From: a virus
Lineage: Duplodnaviria; Caudoviricetes
Reading direction: 5' to 3' (one strand)
DNA: 64,000 nucleotides
Virus record (IMG/VR): IMGVR_UViG_2974621193_000001
Span: 11,688-75,687 of that record
Positions 18,301-26,442 of this stretch are shown here, in pieces. Each line of letters begins with the position of its first letter. The stretch's first letter is position 1. The notes below the pieces were generated by a model. The model had not been told where the DNA came from. It did not search any database and was given only the letters and a program-made list of their open reading frames with translations. A program made the position numbers and the translations under genes.

Positions 18301-19383
18301 CTGGATGAAGACACCATCCAGGGTGCGGTCGAGGCTGCCAACATCGCGACGGGCAACACTGACGACGCTACCACCGCAGCGATTATGAAGGGCATGGATG
18401 TCTGGTCCGCAGCATGGACGCCCGCGATGGTGGACTCTACCGATGCAGCCACGGCGGCGTCGGAAAAGGTTGCCGATGCTGCCGACAAGCAGAGCTCCAG
18501 CACGGTCCTACTGAGTAAGAGCCTGGGCAAGTACGATCAGCAGATCGCATCGCTGTCCAAGGTGCTCACGGCGTTCTCGAATAGCGCACAGCAGTCGGTC
18601 AAGGTTACGGTCAATGTGACCAACGGTACTGCCACCACTGCCAACACCTCGACTGTCGGCACGAACTCCAAGGGCGAGCAGACCATCACGGTCGAGCAGC
18701 CCACGTTCGAGCAGTGGGCACCTACCCTGAACGCATTGGCAGACTTCTTCGACACGCTGCCGTACGCGGAACGGGACTGGGCGGCGGACAACCCAGTCGC
18801 GGGTGAGACGGAACAGCAGCGCAAGATGCGTCTGGCGCAGAACAACCTTACCAACTTTGCAAAGGGCGGCTACAACGTCCTGCGCGATGTCGGCCCTGTG
18901 ATGATGCGTCACACAGCAACCATCGGTACCGCAGTCGAGCGACTCGTCAAAGAAGATGGTCCGGCATGGAGTGCAGCGCTTGCAGCTATCGCGGCCAACA
19001 ACCCAGCTGGTTACGCAGTCGCCGTGTTGCTGGTTCTCAAGGAAGTCGCAACGATGCTGCCTTTGATCCTCGCCGCGATCATGGACATTGTGCCCGCGTT
19101 GATCCGTGCTATAGTTAGGTTCCTCACCCAGTTCATGCCGGATTCAGTGTTCGCATACGCGGACATGGCCGCAGCTGAGGCCGCTGTCGTTGAACAGCAA
19201 GAGGGCGGGCAAGTCGCAATGGGTCAAGGCCAGCGCTACCCGACTGATGCGATGTCAACTTCGAGTGGCAATGAAAGTATCACACTGAACATGTACGGAG
19301 ACTTGGTCATGCCGAATGTCAGCGATGGCAGCGATGCAAACGACTTCGTCGAGCAGCTCAAGCTGTTGGCGGCGGGCTCATGA
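9358..19383 (+). CDS. tape measure protein (3341 aa) with C-terminal peptidase-like and lytic transglycosylase domains
   Basis: SD ggag + TTG; Ala-rich N-terminus, TP901-type TMP core, hydrophobic block, coiled coil, 44-aa W/F repeats, ATGGPVHGPGTETSDS motif, DHPSGLALD...HMDHVH domain, LIGHESSWNPNAQNPSSTAYGLFQFL (SLT-like). Confidence 0.92.
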   Translation: MNTTAANILITAQARQAQAVLARAQAALKGLQSTAQGANAAQATAANAAARQIEAAEARKASAAAKASLAIEQANLRQIKSEQAASVAAARSAAATSLAQTKASTAAQVAAAKQEASAAKMAAAMELSAMKQQAALAQLTLVQMRQLAQAEAASARQIIADNRATMSAAKSAAQQAAARESLTIATLRAVAREEAASARKIAADARAALQAQVLANAETGNQNRVVTARLRAAAQTAAANAAKINSDNGAAIAAEVAANREARAARDAALADMDRAMKAQAANARKSASDAQAAVNAQASAMKEASAMSVADAARIRSASVAAAENARKVASDAAVANAAAMAAGRESVANAAAAASATVGAQEKVVADARANASRLQASSVAATESAKIAASEARAAAAAERAAIQITAAKQKEIAANSAATGSNVAWSESMTRSGSRMQWIGRQLSQNFTAPMLLAAGFGVKFGLDMEKSMTRLEKVYADQALIRKAEAQGINLVANEVEALERNFVALSNKYGVQAAEVANVAAEWAAAGASGQALAHQTDLTMKTMVLGEMDAEEATKSLIAIQSQWNAVTETSLDRAGKLSLGTSGLANDQLSLTTILRQLNAVENETGTTMNDLVVAFSRASGVARTAGLDTAHLAAATAALVPAAGSAAEAGNALKTIISRTLTPTREAAQIMELMGINTASASWQSQNAGERLEELAARFGTLTGAQKAQVSASLGSRYQVNKLEVLFSSIANTSGYYHKALGKLANQADVVKIAEDELNTVLESQPQMLKQAGVIIQNSLMKTMVPLIPVIIQLTQWIGKAFDSFANLPTGVRTTIVGLGLFLATVGPIIIFLGIFKLALGQLTPVFLALGRAILFPITGLFKFTAVLLKPIASLAKLRGALLLTSRAFMLIPAVAVLIPRIISFAMMATQATVVVGMAGVMAAWRTAWAAMITFQVVSGVAMTTTQRLTFTAMLAAQNLWNAASLAMQKAWTVVWISMLRVWAAASIMAQAAHAAASRLIVGVYLASTLAMKRTWATAWLVLQAAWASASAVMQAAWARASLLLTKTWAAASLLLTAAFWKRMWALFAAGNKGLVAILASGGKALLAIFASPWAIAIGVVVALIVMFRKQIAQAWNNIVNYFRNLPAQTASALSPLTNIFVRARNAVVGAFNSLPEGVKNALLKVVAVVRAAAMKVYELFSYLNPFARHSPSLVENVTNGMAVVNEQFANASRNAQTHIGKLHKSIQQLQGLSAPLTQQNDKAKDDEFRATVTKAGAASSLPAYDALNADVKAAKAYMDQLNKSMEAQEQKLKGIKAGVEAYDAAIEQMNSSLEVTKAIQSDVSAALDGAKARFDRYANAQITGTRAAEDALFDNEMAQKRLQLQIAKMEEESGTIDSVTDSYSKLQGEIESLTAKQTELRQAGAGSDVLGTYDKMIADLKSQQSGLMSGGADSPAGKIAALNTSLQALQKQAEIMDLEKALKFDSLNRKIEQFSSNVEEMPYGQIMSGMDASRTSINALQYSYDQLDMVMAGQQARIDATQAQRDALQATYDSESKRLETVREKYESVEEAVRSGEDALEQFSSAAEESVRRQEEAARAAEQLAKKRKGKKGGGAGDSEELTPGAMNFLEGAAGDFETFGGNATVGREGAGLDQSAQIDEFTNSLTADLEKSLGGLNPFSGLKNAWNRTVNWFKGLAPGFGDIFKNIGSGVGSAFSSDKNENVKRFGDAISKAVESLKNIWEWIKKGGELIGKLFGPDLQSTLQGIGDGFKTVMDKISGPLSEFGKTVMPFLSTAFTHLMPVIALFIGALEVVWEVINGAIGPVFSWLGDIIGAVITVITGIMKVFMGLMKVIQGVVMVVVNILKGIFTFIKGLFSLKFDLSGFGGIGEALKKIFGGFGDMFGGIVDIVKGIFIAIWSTIKNAVKLIWNVVWGLVKGIIDFFVTLWDVLVGHSIVPDTINAIIDWFKELPGKLPGLVWGLITKVIGFFLKLPIMIGQALIKLGGFLFNAFTAAMGWLLPKLPGFIWNIVKFFATLPFKIISALVGFGAKLLGWLGQAIAWLVPQLPGIVWDIITFFATLPFKIIGALLGFGAKLLEWAKNAFIWLAQNLPGVIGNVISFFAGLPGKLIGALLGLGSKLFEWAKNGFIWLAQNLPNAIGAVLDFAKEFPGRVIRGFGKWGSFIWEWMKKGWDFLVNEMPGIVAGFLKWIGGIPGMLLGKLGDGAKVLYDYGKDMIQGLMNGTAGLLKKLGDWFLDKIPGWIKTPFKKALGIASPSKVFAGYGVNIGEGLVKGIGSMEGQVEQASIAMAAAADKGEVGGMAISAVADTSSVGGSVSALGDAVAASGPVGVDTAAEPTADIAPMLAAAEAAFDAFDASMQKKMAAFTAAVTVMFAAMVTGVLSSLDKVTVGSGTSFAAMQATVVGIVTAMVTAVQAQLALLISYVTQFGLAFTSAWAEAWNAWKSETSLGVDHTLSEWERMAQGMRDIFDGGIAPIFEDMAKMYTTLEGATKTTVDNVGTTWADIEPKTKRPAGIVINEVYNNGLRGAWNKFNSFLGVAELPAFTVAYATGGPVHGPGTETSDSIYAKLSRGEHVITAAEVRGAGGHQAIMAQRQVWAGRKRMQGVDQSMPAFARGGPVDPKAPPWPGESNLKPAAILARRNIHKYWPMIGEIGGYRPSDPYPDHPSGLALDVMVGVGNPVGDEVNDWLHRNMVPLALNYTIWKQFYKPAGGGGNLMGDRGDPTQNHMDHVHALFNNNGVPGITTGGIGGSSGGAPIDYKKIVQESFKADMDEVRKNLPAIPGGIGQWPKISADVAEKMALKKLLPLAEKMSISSGSAASAWAGAPDASVVTKVKEAMKTYGWDQGAEWEALNQLIGHESSWNPNAQNPSSTAYGLFQFLDSTWASVGGSKTSDPYQQAIYGGRYIKNRYGSPSAAWAFWQNPQPNPYGGNWYDNGGVLPPGLTLANNQTGGPEAILTAAQWSAMFDIASKPPLDEDTIQGAVEAANIATGNTDDATTAAIMKGMDVWSAAWTPAMVDSTDAATAASEKVADAADKQSSSTVLLSKSLGKYDQQIASLSKVLTAFSNSAQQSVKVTVNVTNGTATTANTSTVGTNSKGEQTITVEQPTFEQWAPTLNALADFFDTLPYAERDWAADNPVAGETEQQRKMRLAQNNLTNFAKGGYNVLRDVGPVMMRHTATIGTAVERLVKEDGPAWSAALAAIAANNPAGYAVAVLLVLKEVATMLPLILAAIMDIVPALIRAIVRFLTQFMPDSVFAYADMAAAEAAVVEQQEGGQVAMGQGQRYPTDAMSTSSGNESITLNMYGDLVMPNVSDGSDANDFVEQLKLLAAGS

Positions 19384-21911
19384 GTCGCATTCTCCATCGG
19401 CCGAACCAGGCCGTAGACTACGGGACGGTCGAGACGAACGGCTCGGGCAATGTGCTCGGCGACAACAACAACGACACTCGGAAGCAGTATTACGAGGACT
19501 CGGGCAGCATCCTGCTGTACCCGACCTTCGATCCGACCACTATCCCTCCGGGGCGCGAGATCATCGCCGTGCGAGCAGGTCATCGCCAGGAGCAGGGTGG
19601 TTCGCTGATCGCACTGCATAACGGCTGGGTTATGGGATACTTGCGTATCTCCAACCAGCGGTTGCCCAACTCGAAGGCATACAAGCAGGACGGGTACAGC
19701 ACGACAGCCCGCGCCGTCGAGGGTCCAGCGATCTACAACTCGGCGTTCAAGTCCTGGCTGGCGTCCGACATCAACAAGATGACAACCGATGTCGGCGCAG
19801 CCACCGGCGAGTTCGGTCCGAACAAGAAGAAGCTGTGGTGCATCGCCACCGAGGCATACATCGTTCTCGTTCTTGACGACGATGTCGCTGTTCCTACGAT
19901 CAACTACCCTGCCAACAACTCGACCATCGCTACGAGCTCGGTAGACTTCAAGGGCAACGTCACGGTCACCCAGGAAGAGCAGCCCGTCGCTTGTGTGTTC
20001 CAGGTGAGTCGGTCGGCGAACTTCGATGACGACACCGTGGACACCTTTGTTGGTGGTCTCGTGCAGACGGCTGGGCAGACCAGCAACTACGACTCGATCG
20101 TCGGCAGGGATTCGTACTCGAACCTCGGTCCCGGCAAGTGGTATGTCCGAGTCAAGGGCAAGGACTACCGTGGTGTCGAGTCTGCGTGGGGTGCGACGAC
20201 TTCGTTCACCATCACCCACGCTGCGCTTCCGGTTCCGGAGATGACCAACCCTGCAGGTGGAGCTACTCGCAACACGCCGTACGGGTACCGCGAGGCGAAC
20301 ATTCCTGTTACCCCCGCAGGCGAGCGCTACGTCGGCATCGAGTGGCAGTTCAGCCAGGCTTCGAACTTCTCGGGCACGATTGTCTCGTGGAAGAACAACA
20401 AGGTCGGTCGATACAACGCAGGTGTGATCGGATACACTGCCGACCCTGATCCCGAGGTGCAGCCTGGACAGAACGGCGACAAGGTCTCGACCGACGACCC
20501 TGATCAGTACTTGAAGCAGGGCACCTGGTACGCCCGTGCAAGATGTGTAGACGTGTGGGACCAGGTCGGCAACTGGTCTGCCGGTGTGACGTTCACCGTC
20601 TCCCACCCGCCTGTCGTCAATCAGCCCTGGCCCAGCGGTGGCGCAGGGTTCGACGATGACGCCTTCCCTGTGCGGTGGCAGTTCGGTGATGCATGGAAGG
20701 GCGACACGCAGAGCGCCTACCGAGTCATCATTCGCGACCCATCGAACACGACACTCATCCACGACACCGGCAAGATTGAGAGCCCCTTCAACAACGTGAA
20801 GGTGGTCATCCCCGACAACTGGAAAGAGCAGACGCTCAATATCTCGATCCAGGTGTGGGACCGAGATGGTGTAGCGAGTCCCATCTGGACCGGCACCTTC
20901 CGGCACTCGACGGCACCAGTCATCACGCTGCCATACCCAGCGCCCGACGAGGTAGTCATCACCGGCCAGCCCAACCTGACCTGGTCGGCAGTGTATGCTC
21001 CGGGGCAGTCACAGAAGTCTTACCACATCGCGTTCATCCGGCGCGACACTGGGGTTGTAGAGTGGAAGACGACAACGCATCAGTTGTCGACGAACAACTT
21101 CTGGAATGCACCTGCGGTTGTACTGAAGAACGTCTCGGCATACCAGCTGGCGCTGACGATTACTGACACGCAGGACTTGTACACCACCCTGCTGCGGAAC
21201 TTCAGCACTGACTACGTGCGTCCGCCGATGATCTACTGCTCGGCCTACGTCAATAACTACGAGGAAGAAGGCTACGTTCAGATACTGTGGCCTGCTACTG
21301 AGGTAGCTCCACAGTTCGTAGAGTTCCGTTTGTACAGGCGAAACGTCGACATCCCTGGTTCGGACTGGGAACAGATCGGCACGGTGTCCGACCCTGAGGT
21401 CTGGGAGTTCCACGACTGGAGCAGCTCGGGGCATTACCGCTACCAGTACGCGATCACGCAGGTGGTCATGCTCTATGGCGCGCTCGTCGAATCTCTGCCC
21501 GATGAGTACGGCGAGGCGCTGCTGATTCAGTCCAGTCACTACTGGCTGATCTCCCCGCAAGACGAGTCACTCAACACCAAGCTGTATCACATCACCGATG
21601 ACAAGTACGTGCGCAAGGTGGAGAAGAGTCGGCACACCATCATCGGCGGAGGCGAGCGGTTCAACTTCGGCAAGCCCATTGGCATTGAGGGTACACTGAG
21701 TGGGCAGATCAAGGGCGGCTCGCCGGTGACCGTGCGACAGGCGCGCGAGCGTATCGAGCGGCTGCAGCTGGAGATGGCGTACTGCTACCTGCGCGACCCC
21801 TTCGGCAATTACACCAAGATCGTCATTGACGACATCTCGATCGGGCGTATCGCGGGCGTCGGAACCTCCGAGTTCGTGGACATCGAGATTCCCTACATCG
21901 AGGTGAAGTGA
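19380..21911 (+). CDS. minor tail protein with Ig/FN3-like repeats (distal tail-like)
   Basis: First gene after TMP, ATGA overlap; repeated beta-sandwich motifs (WYVRVKG..D..G..SAW; WYARARC.D.W.Q.GNWS). Confidence 0.7.
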   Translation: MSRILHRPNQAVDYGTVETNGSGNVLGDNNNDTRKQYYEDSGSILLYPTFDPTTIPPGREIIAVRAGHRQEQGGSLIALHNGWVMGYLRISNQRLPNSKAYKQDGYSTTARAVEGPAIYNSAFKSWLASDINKMTTDVGAATGEFGPNKKKLWCIATEAYIVLVLDDDVAVPTINYPANNSTIATSSVDFKGNVTVTQEEQPVACVFQVSRSANFDDDTVDTFVGGLVQTAGQTSNYDSIVGRDSYSNLGPGKWYVRVKGKDYRGVESAWGATTSFTITHAALPVPEMTNPAGGATRNTPYGYREANIPVTPAGERYVGIEWQFSQASNFSGTIVSWKNNKVGRYNAGVIGYTADPDPEVQPGQNGDKVSTDDPDQYLKQGTWYARARCVDVWDQVGNWSAGVTFTVSHPPVVNQPWPSGGAGFDDDAFPVRWQFGDAWKGDTQSAYRVIIRDPSNTTLIHDTGKIESPFNNVKVVIPDNWKEQTLNISIQVWDRDGVASPIWTGTFRHSTAPVITLPYPAPDEVVITGQPNLTWSAVYAPGQSQKSYHIAFIRRDTGVVEWKTTTHQLSTNNFWNAPAVVLKNVSAYQLALTITDTQDLYTTLLRNFSTDYVRPPMIYCSAYVNNYEEEGYVQILWPATEVAPQFVEFRLYRRNVDIPGSDWEQIGTVSDPEVWEFHDWSSSGHYRYQYAITQVVMLYGALVESLPDEYGEALLIQSSHYWLISPQDESLNTKLYHITDDKYVRKVEKSRHTIIGGGERFNFGKPIGIEGTLSGQIKGGSPVTVRQARERIERLQLEMAYCYLRDPFGNYTKIVIDDISIGRIAGVGTSEFVDIEIPYIEVK

Positions 21912-24124
21912 TGCCGCAGCCACCTCGTGAAGACATTCAGCGTGCGTTCGTAGAGCCTGCGGTTCAGGTCATACGACGCATTGAGATCTATGAGCAGGAC
22001 GGCACGACACCCTGGAAGCAGGAGCTCTGGGATGACCTACTCATCGGCGGTTCTGTAAGCCTTGACTACAATCGTGACGAGCGCCGGGCACTTGAGTGCG
22101 AGCTCGACAACTCGTACGGTGACCTCGATCCTGAGCACGGCGGACTCTGGTACGACAAGCGATTCAAGCTGTACTACGGGATCGAGTTGAACCAGGACGA
22201 CCGAGGTGTGCGCGCGGCGATTGTTGAGGAGTACCTCGCTCCCGGCCAGGCGGCGGCGTTGAAGCAGCACTTGTCCTCGCATGGGATTAGCGAGGTTCAC
22301 TTCCTGCCTTCGGCTACCGACTACGAGCACGTCAAGGACTACGACGTACTCGTTGCCATATCCGCGACCAGCCTGCAGAAGCTCTCGTTTCTCAATCAGT
22401 GCTACAACAGGGGCAAGGGAATCGTTACCTTTGCTAATGACCAGACATCCGCGTCGATGCCCGCTATCATTGGCAATGCGGGTGCGTCAACGGTGCTCGC
22501 TGGTGTCCAGCTTAGCTATGCTCCGGTTACCGGGGCGTCCGACCTATCCGTGGGATGGGACGGTTGGAGTGAGGGATCTGGCTCCCAGGTTCTCATAAGT
22601 GAAGACTCGGAATCAAGGGCCGTTGGATCACGTATTGGCTTTAATAGCACTGACGCGATTACCATTACGGATCAGGAAGCTTACGCTGGGTCAAAGAGTA
22701 TTAAGTTTACACCTACCGTTAACTGGACAAAGTTGTTTATCGAACACTTTACTGGTAACGCTAATGTTCCCGGCAGGGTGTATCGAATATCCTTTATGGC
22801 AAAAAAAGATGCAGGGTTTAACAATCCGACATCCATTCGTTTCGAGTACAGTAACACTGGTACTACACTAGATTACACTGGACCTGCTGGTAATATCAAT
22901 ATCACCAACGAGTGGAATCGTTATGAGCATACCATAGTGGGGCCAGAGGGTTACGCTTACGTGCGCGCCACGTTTGCTAATGGGGCGGGTGGCACCTTCA
23001 CTGGAGCATCGGTATACTTGGATAACTTTACATTCGAGGACATCACCGATATTATTAAGTATCGCAAGATACTCGCACCAGCGGCGGGCGCGCAGGCGAT
23101 AGCAACACTGAGTGACACAACCAACGGCGACTCGGTCGGCGCCGTTTCAAGAGTGGGGTCCGCAGGGCAACGCTGGGTACACACTGTCGGATCGGACTTC
23201 AAGGCCGACGCCCTGGGCGGCGAGTACGAAAGCTTTGGGCGCTACGTTTCACGCATCGTATCGTGGGCTTCTTCATACCAGGCCCTCGACTACTGGGAGA
23301 TTCAGCTCGGCGAGTTCATGGCCGACTCTATCTCACTCGGAGGTTCCTATGCAACAGTCTCAATCTCAGGACGCGATCTTACTAAGTTGTGCCAGCAGTC
23401 GAAGTTCGTAACATCGACTACCTTCACCAAGAACACGCCGATCGAGAGTGTCGTCAAGACTGTCGCAACGAACGCGGGGATTTCCAAGTTCCGCCTGCCG
23501 ATCACCGGCAAAGTCCTAGATAAGGATATGACTTGGGAGCGAGACACTGCTCGCTGGGATGTGATTCGCGATGTATCAAACTCGAACAGCTACGAGGTGT
23601 TCTTCGATAATGAAGGCTATCTTGTTATGCGTGAGTTCCGTGATCCACTCACCACTCCGGCCACTCTTGAGCTTAGCGTTGGTGTGGGAGGTAATCTCAT
23701 ATCTCGTGGTGGGAAGACCTCCGACGCAAATCTTTTCAATCACATTGTTGTTGTTGGCGAATCTTCTGATTCATCGACTCCGCCTGTCTACGCAGAGGCA
23801 ATTAATACTGCAGCGACTTCGCCAACCAGTGTGCAAGAGATTGGCGACCGGGTCTCCATAATCACATCGAGCCTGGTCACCAGCGTAGCGAAAGCACAAG
23901 AGTACGCCAATGCACTCCTCGCCGTATCGGCGCTGGAAGAGTTCGAGCTCTCCTTCGAGTCGACCCTTCTTCCGTGGATTGAGGTCGGCGACATAGTTGA
24001 GATGAAGAACTCTGACGATCGTTACTGGGGACCAGACCGTTACTTGATGACGAGTCTGACGTTCCCGCTTGACCTGAATCCAATGTCAGGTGCAGGCAAG
24101 AGAACGGAAAAGGTGGAAGGCTAG
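21911..24124 (+). CDS. minor tail / baseplate hub protein with inserted carbohydrate-binding-like module
   Basis: Hub-like N- and C-termini (LGEFMAD...ISGRDLTKL...YEVFFDNEGYLV) interrupted by an AT-rich segment encoding AYAGSKSIKF...YRISFMAK...TNEWNRYE...YLDNFTF (CBM4/9-like). Confidence 0.7.
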   Translation: MPQPPREDIQRAFVEPAVQVIRRIEIYEQDGTTPWKQELWDDLLIGGSVSLDYNRDERRALECELDNSYGDLDPEHGGLWYDKRFKLYYGIELNQDDRGVRAAIVEEYLAPGQAAALKQHLSSHGISEVHFLPSATDYEHVKDYDVLVAISATSLQKLSFLNQCYNRGKGIVTFANDQTSASMPAIIGNAGASTVLAGVQLSYAPVTGASDLSVGWDGWSEGSGSQVLISEDSESRAVGSRIGFNSTDAITITDQEAYAGSKSIKFTPTVNWTKLFIEHFTGNANVPGRVYRISFMAKKDAGFNNPTSIRFEYSNTGTTLDYTGPAGNINITNEWNRYEHTIVGPEGYAYVRATFANGAGGTFTGASVYLDNFTFEDITDIIKYRKILAPAAGAQAIATLSDTTNGDSVGAVSRVGSAGQRWVHTVGSDFKADALGGEYESFGRYVSRIVSWASSYQALDYWEIQLGEFMADSISLGGSYATVSISGRDLTKLCQQSKFVTSTTFTKNTPIESVVKTVATNAGISKFRLPITGKVLDKDMTWERDTARWDVIRDVSNSNSYEVFFDNEGYLVMREFRDPLTTPATLELSVGVGGNLISRGGKTSDANLFNHIVVVGESSDSSTPPVYAEAINTAATSPTSVQEIGDRVSIITSSLVTSVAKAQEYANALLAVSALEEFELSFESTLLPWIEVGDIVEMKNSDDRYWGPDRYLMTSLTFPLDLNPMSGAGKRTEKVEG

Positions 24125-26121
24125 TGGCTACAGGGTTTGGCAACTGGGGCAACAGCGTCAAGGCTCACAGCGTTCTGCGTGAGATTGCCAAGAAAGAAGT
24201 AGAGCGCCTACGCCCTTCATCCCGGCTGGCCGAGGTGACCTCGATCATCCCCGCCGAGAAGAAGGTGCTGGTCAGGTTCGTTGGCGAGTCCAACGTTGTG
24301 CCTGTGCCGTATACTTCTACTGCGCCTGCGAACGTGGGTCAGTGGGTTCGGATCGGTGGCACGACTCACGATCGCTATGTCGAAGATGTCATCGGCACTA
24401 CGCTCACCGAGGCTCGGCTGGAGACGGCCGAGGGTCGGATCGGCTCGCTCATGGAGAGCGTTATCGGCGAGGGCTGGGAAGACGAAGACGACGGCGAGCC
24501 CGGTACGTTCACTGGTATCATCAGTCAGTACTTTGGCGGTATCGAGGAGAACGCGACCGAGGCCCTCGGCCTGGCCGGACAGGCAGACACTAAGGCGGGC
24601 CAGGCTCAGACGACAGCGGAGAACGCACAGACCACGGCCGAAGGTGCGCAGACCACTGCAGACAACGCGAACACTACCGCAGGCCAGGCGCAGCAGACTG
24701 CTAGTGATGCTAGCGCTGCTGTCGGTGGTGCAGTCACGGCAGCCGAGGACGCCGACGAGAAGGCAACCCTCGCGCAGCAGATAGCCCAGCACATCACCGA
24801 CAATATCAATGCGCTCGGTGAAGGCGTTGCGGCTGGTACTGCAGGTGTCGCACAGGTCTTCGATACGATCGCTGGCATCTTCACGACAGCAAGCGAGGCG
24901 CAGCAGAAAGCGGTGGATGCACAGACCGCACTGCAGAATCTGATTAATCAGAACGAAGGCGCGGCAGCAGGCGGGCGGTCCGGGCAGGACAACTTCGACC
25001 GACCGAACTCGTCCACCCTTGGTACGGGCTGGATTTCCACTGCGTACGGAAATATTCGAGCGAGCATTGATTCTAAAGGTAGAGTTAACTTTCCGTTTGC
25101 CACTGACCCCAGCGGGGACGAGGGTGGTCTCATCTACCACCAGTGGGCTGGGGAGACTTCGGTTGGTGATTATTTCCAGAGCACTATTGTTTTCGGAACT
25201 TCGTTCAGCAACAACGGCAGTCCGCTGGCTTATGTGTTCAATCGCTGGGATGGACTGTTCGCCGCAGACAACGGCGTCAACACCAAGCCACTCAACTGCT
25301 GGGCAGTGCGTATTACACGCGCAGGTGGTCTCACTCTCTATCGAGTTGTCAATGGAGTCATGACATCGGTGGGCACGAGTGACGTAGCAGATATCAAATC
25401 AGGTGATGCCATCTCCCTTCGCTGCGGATCGCTCGCTGGTCCTGGCAACATCTCGGTCGTGGTCAACGGTCAGGTTGAGATTGCTTACACTGACCCCGGC
25501 ACAGGGATGATCGGTGCGGACTACCGCAAGCATGGTTTCTTCGGTTTCGCCGAGAATCAGGGCCTCCTAGGCTGGCAGCAGCCTGCGAGTGTCGCGTCGT
25601 ACAACTGGTCAGACATTCCCGGCGGAAGTATCGTGCTCGGCAAGGGGTTCCGCTTCGCCAGAACTACGGTTGCCAACCTTACTCAGGTGGCAAATGCGCA
25701 GGTGCCGACGACCACATTCCAGACTGCGGTTTACAGTGAGTCGTGCAAACCACTCGCCGACTCTACCCTCAAAGCTGCACGCGGCGAGTTCGCCATACCC
25801 TTCGAGGGGTGGTGGGACTTCGAGTTCGGCTTCTATGGCTACACCCTCAGCCTCTCGGCTGGTGCGTCTACTGTTCTGGATCCTGTACTCTACAACGGGC
25901 AGGGCGCACTCTCGACTACCATCCCCTTGCGCATGTCGAAGATCACCAACGGCGGCAGTTCCGCAGCGCGCACGCTGATACAAGAGGTCGCCAAGTTCAG
26001 GAAGTACTGCCTCGTGGGCGAGCGCGTAGCTCCTGGCTGGGGTGCGCAACGTCTCGACTACATGACCGCAGATGCAGGTGGACACACCTGTTACTTCAGT
26101 GGAGTTCTACTATCACCCTAG
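24124..26121 (+). CDS. minor tail / receptor-binding protein
   Basis: GTG overlaps upstream TAG; heptad AQTTAEN/AQTTAEG/AQTTADN coiled coil then a DNFDRPNSSTLGTGW lectin-like domain. Confidence 0.7.
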   Translation: MATGFGNWGNSVKAHSVLREIAKKEVERLRPSSRLAEVTSIIPAEKKVLVRFVGESNVVPVPYTSTAPANVGQWVRIGGTTHDRYVEDVIGTTLTEARLETAEGRIGSLMESVIGEGWEDEDDGEPGTFTGIISQYFGGIEENATEALGLAGQADTKAGQAQTTAENAQTTAEGAQTTADNANTTAGQAQQTASDASAAVGGAVTAAEDADEKATLAQQIAQHITDNINALGEGVAAGTAGVAQVFDTIAGIFTTASEAQQKAVDAQTALQNLINQNEGAAAGGRSGQDNFDRPNSSTLGTGWISTAYGNIRASIDSKGRVNFPFATDPSGDEGGLIYHQWAGETSVGDYFQSTIVFGTSFSNNGSPLAYVFNRWDGLFAADNGVNTKPLNCWAVRITRAGGLTLYRVVNGVMTSVGTSDVADIKSGDAISLRCGSLAGPGNISVVVNGQVEIAYTDPGTGMIGADYRKHGFFGFAENQGLLGWQQPASVASYNWSDIPGGSIVLGKGFRFARTTVANLTQVANAQVPTTTFQTAVYSESCKPLADSTLKAARGEFAIPFEGWWDFEFGFYGYTLSLSAGASTVLDPVLYNGQGALSTTIPLRMSKITNGGSSAARTLIQEVAKFRKYCLVGERVAPGWGAQRLDYMTADAGGHTCYFSGVLLSP

Positions 26122-26130
26122 GAGGGTGCA

Positions 26131-26349
26131 GTGATCGAACAGAAAACAGTTTACTTCGACAGTCTGCCAGGCGTGGCGATTCGTCTGACACGTGGGCACG
26201 AAGAGTTTGGAGATGACTTCATCACCGCCGAAGCCTTTGACGAGAACATGAACCTCATACCCGGAGGAGGCGGCGGATTCCGTGGACCTTCGCCCCATCC
26301 GCCGGTGATCGTGGAGCAGGAGCCAGAGCCCGAGTCCCCGGGAGGTTGA
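26131..26349 (+). CDS. hypothetical protein (possible tail fibre chaperone)
   Basis: SD ggaggg + GTG; 72 aa. Confidence 0.55.
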   Translation: MIEQKTVYFDSLPGVAIRLTRGHEEFGDDFITAEAFDENMNLIPGGGGGFRGPSPHPPVIVEQEPEPESPGG

Positions 26350-26388
26350 ACCAGAGGAAGTGATGTACGCCAGCGAAGAGGGCAATGC

Positions 26389-26418
26389 TTGACCTGTAGT
26401 ACCAATGCCTGCTATCAT
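26389..26418 (+). promoter_or_regulatory. putative promoter for the lysis cassette
   Basis: TTGACC (26389-26394), 18 bp, TATCAT (26413-26418); spacer contains TAGTACC. Confidence 0.55.
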
Positions 26419-26442
26419 GGGCAGATCTTACCAGGAGGTAGT

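Noticed and set aside
24580-24720. AQTTAEN-type repeats as a diversity-generating or mobile repeat
   Set aside because: Ordinary heptad coiled-coil of a tail fibre; no reverse transcriptase or template repeat seen.
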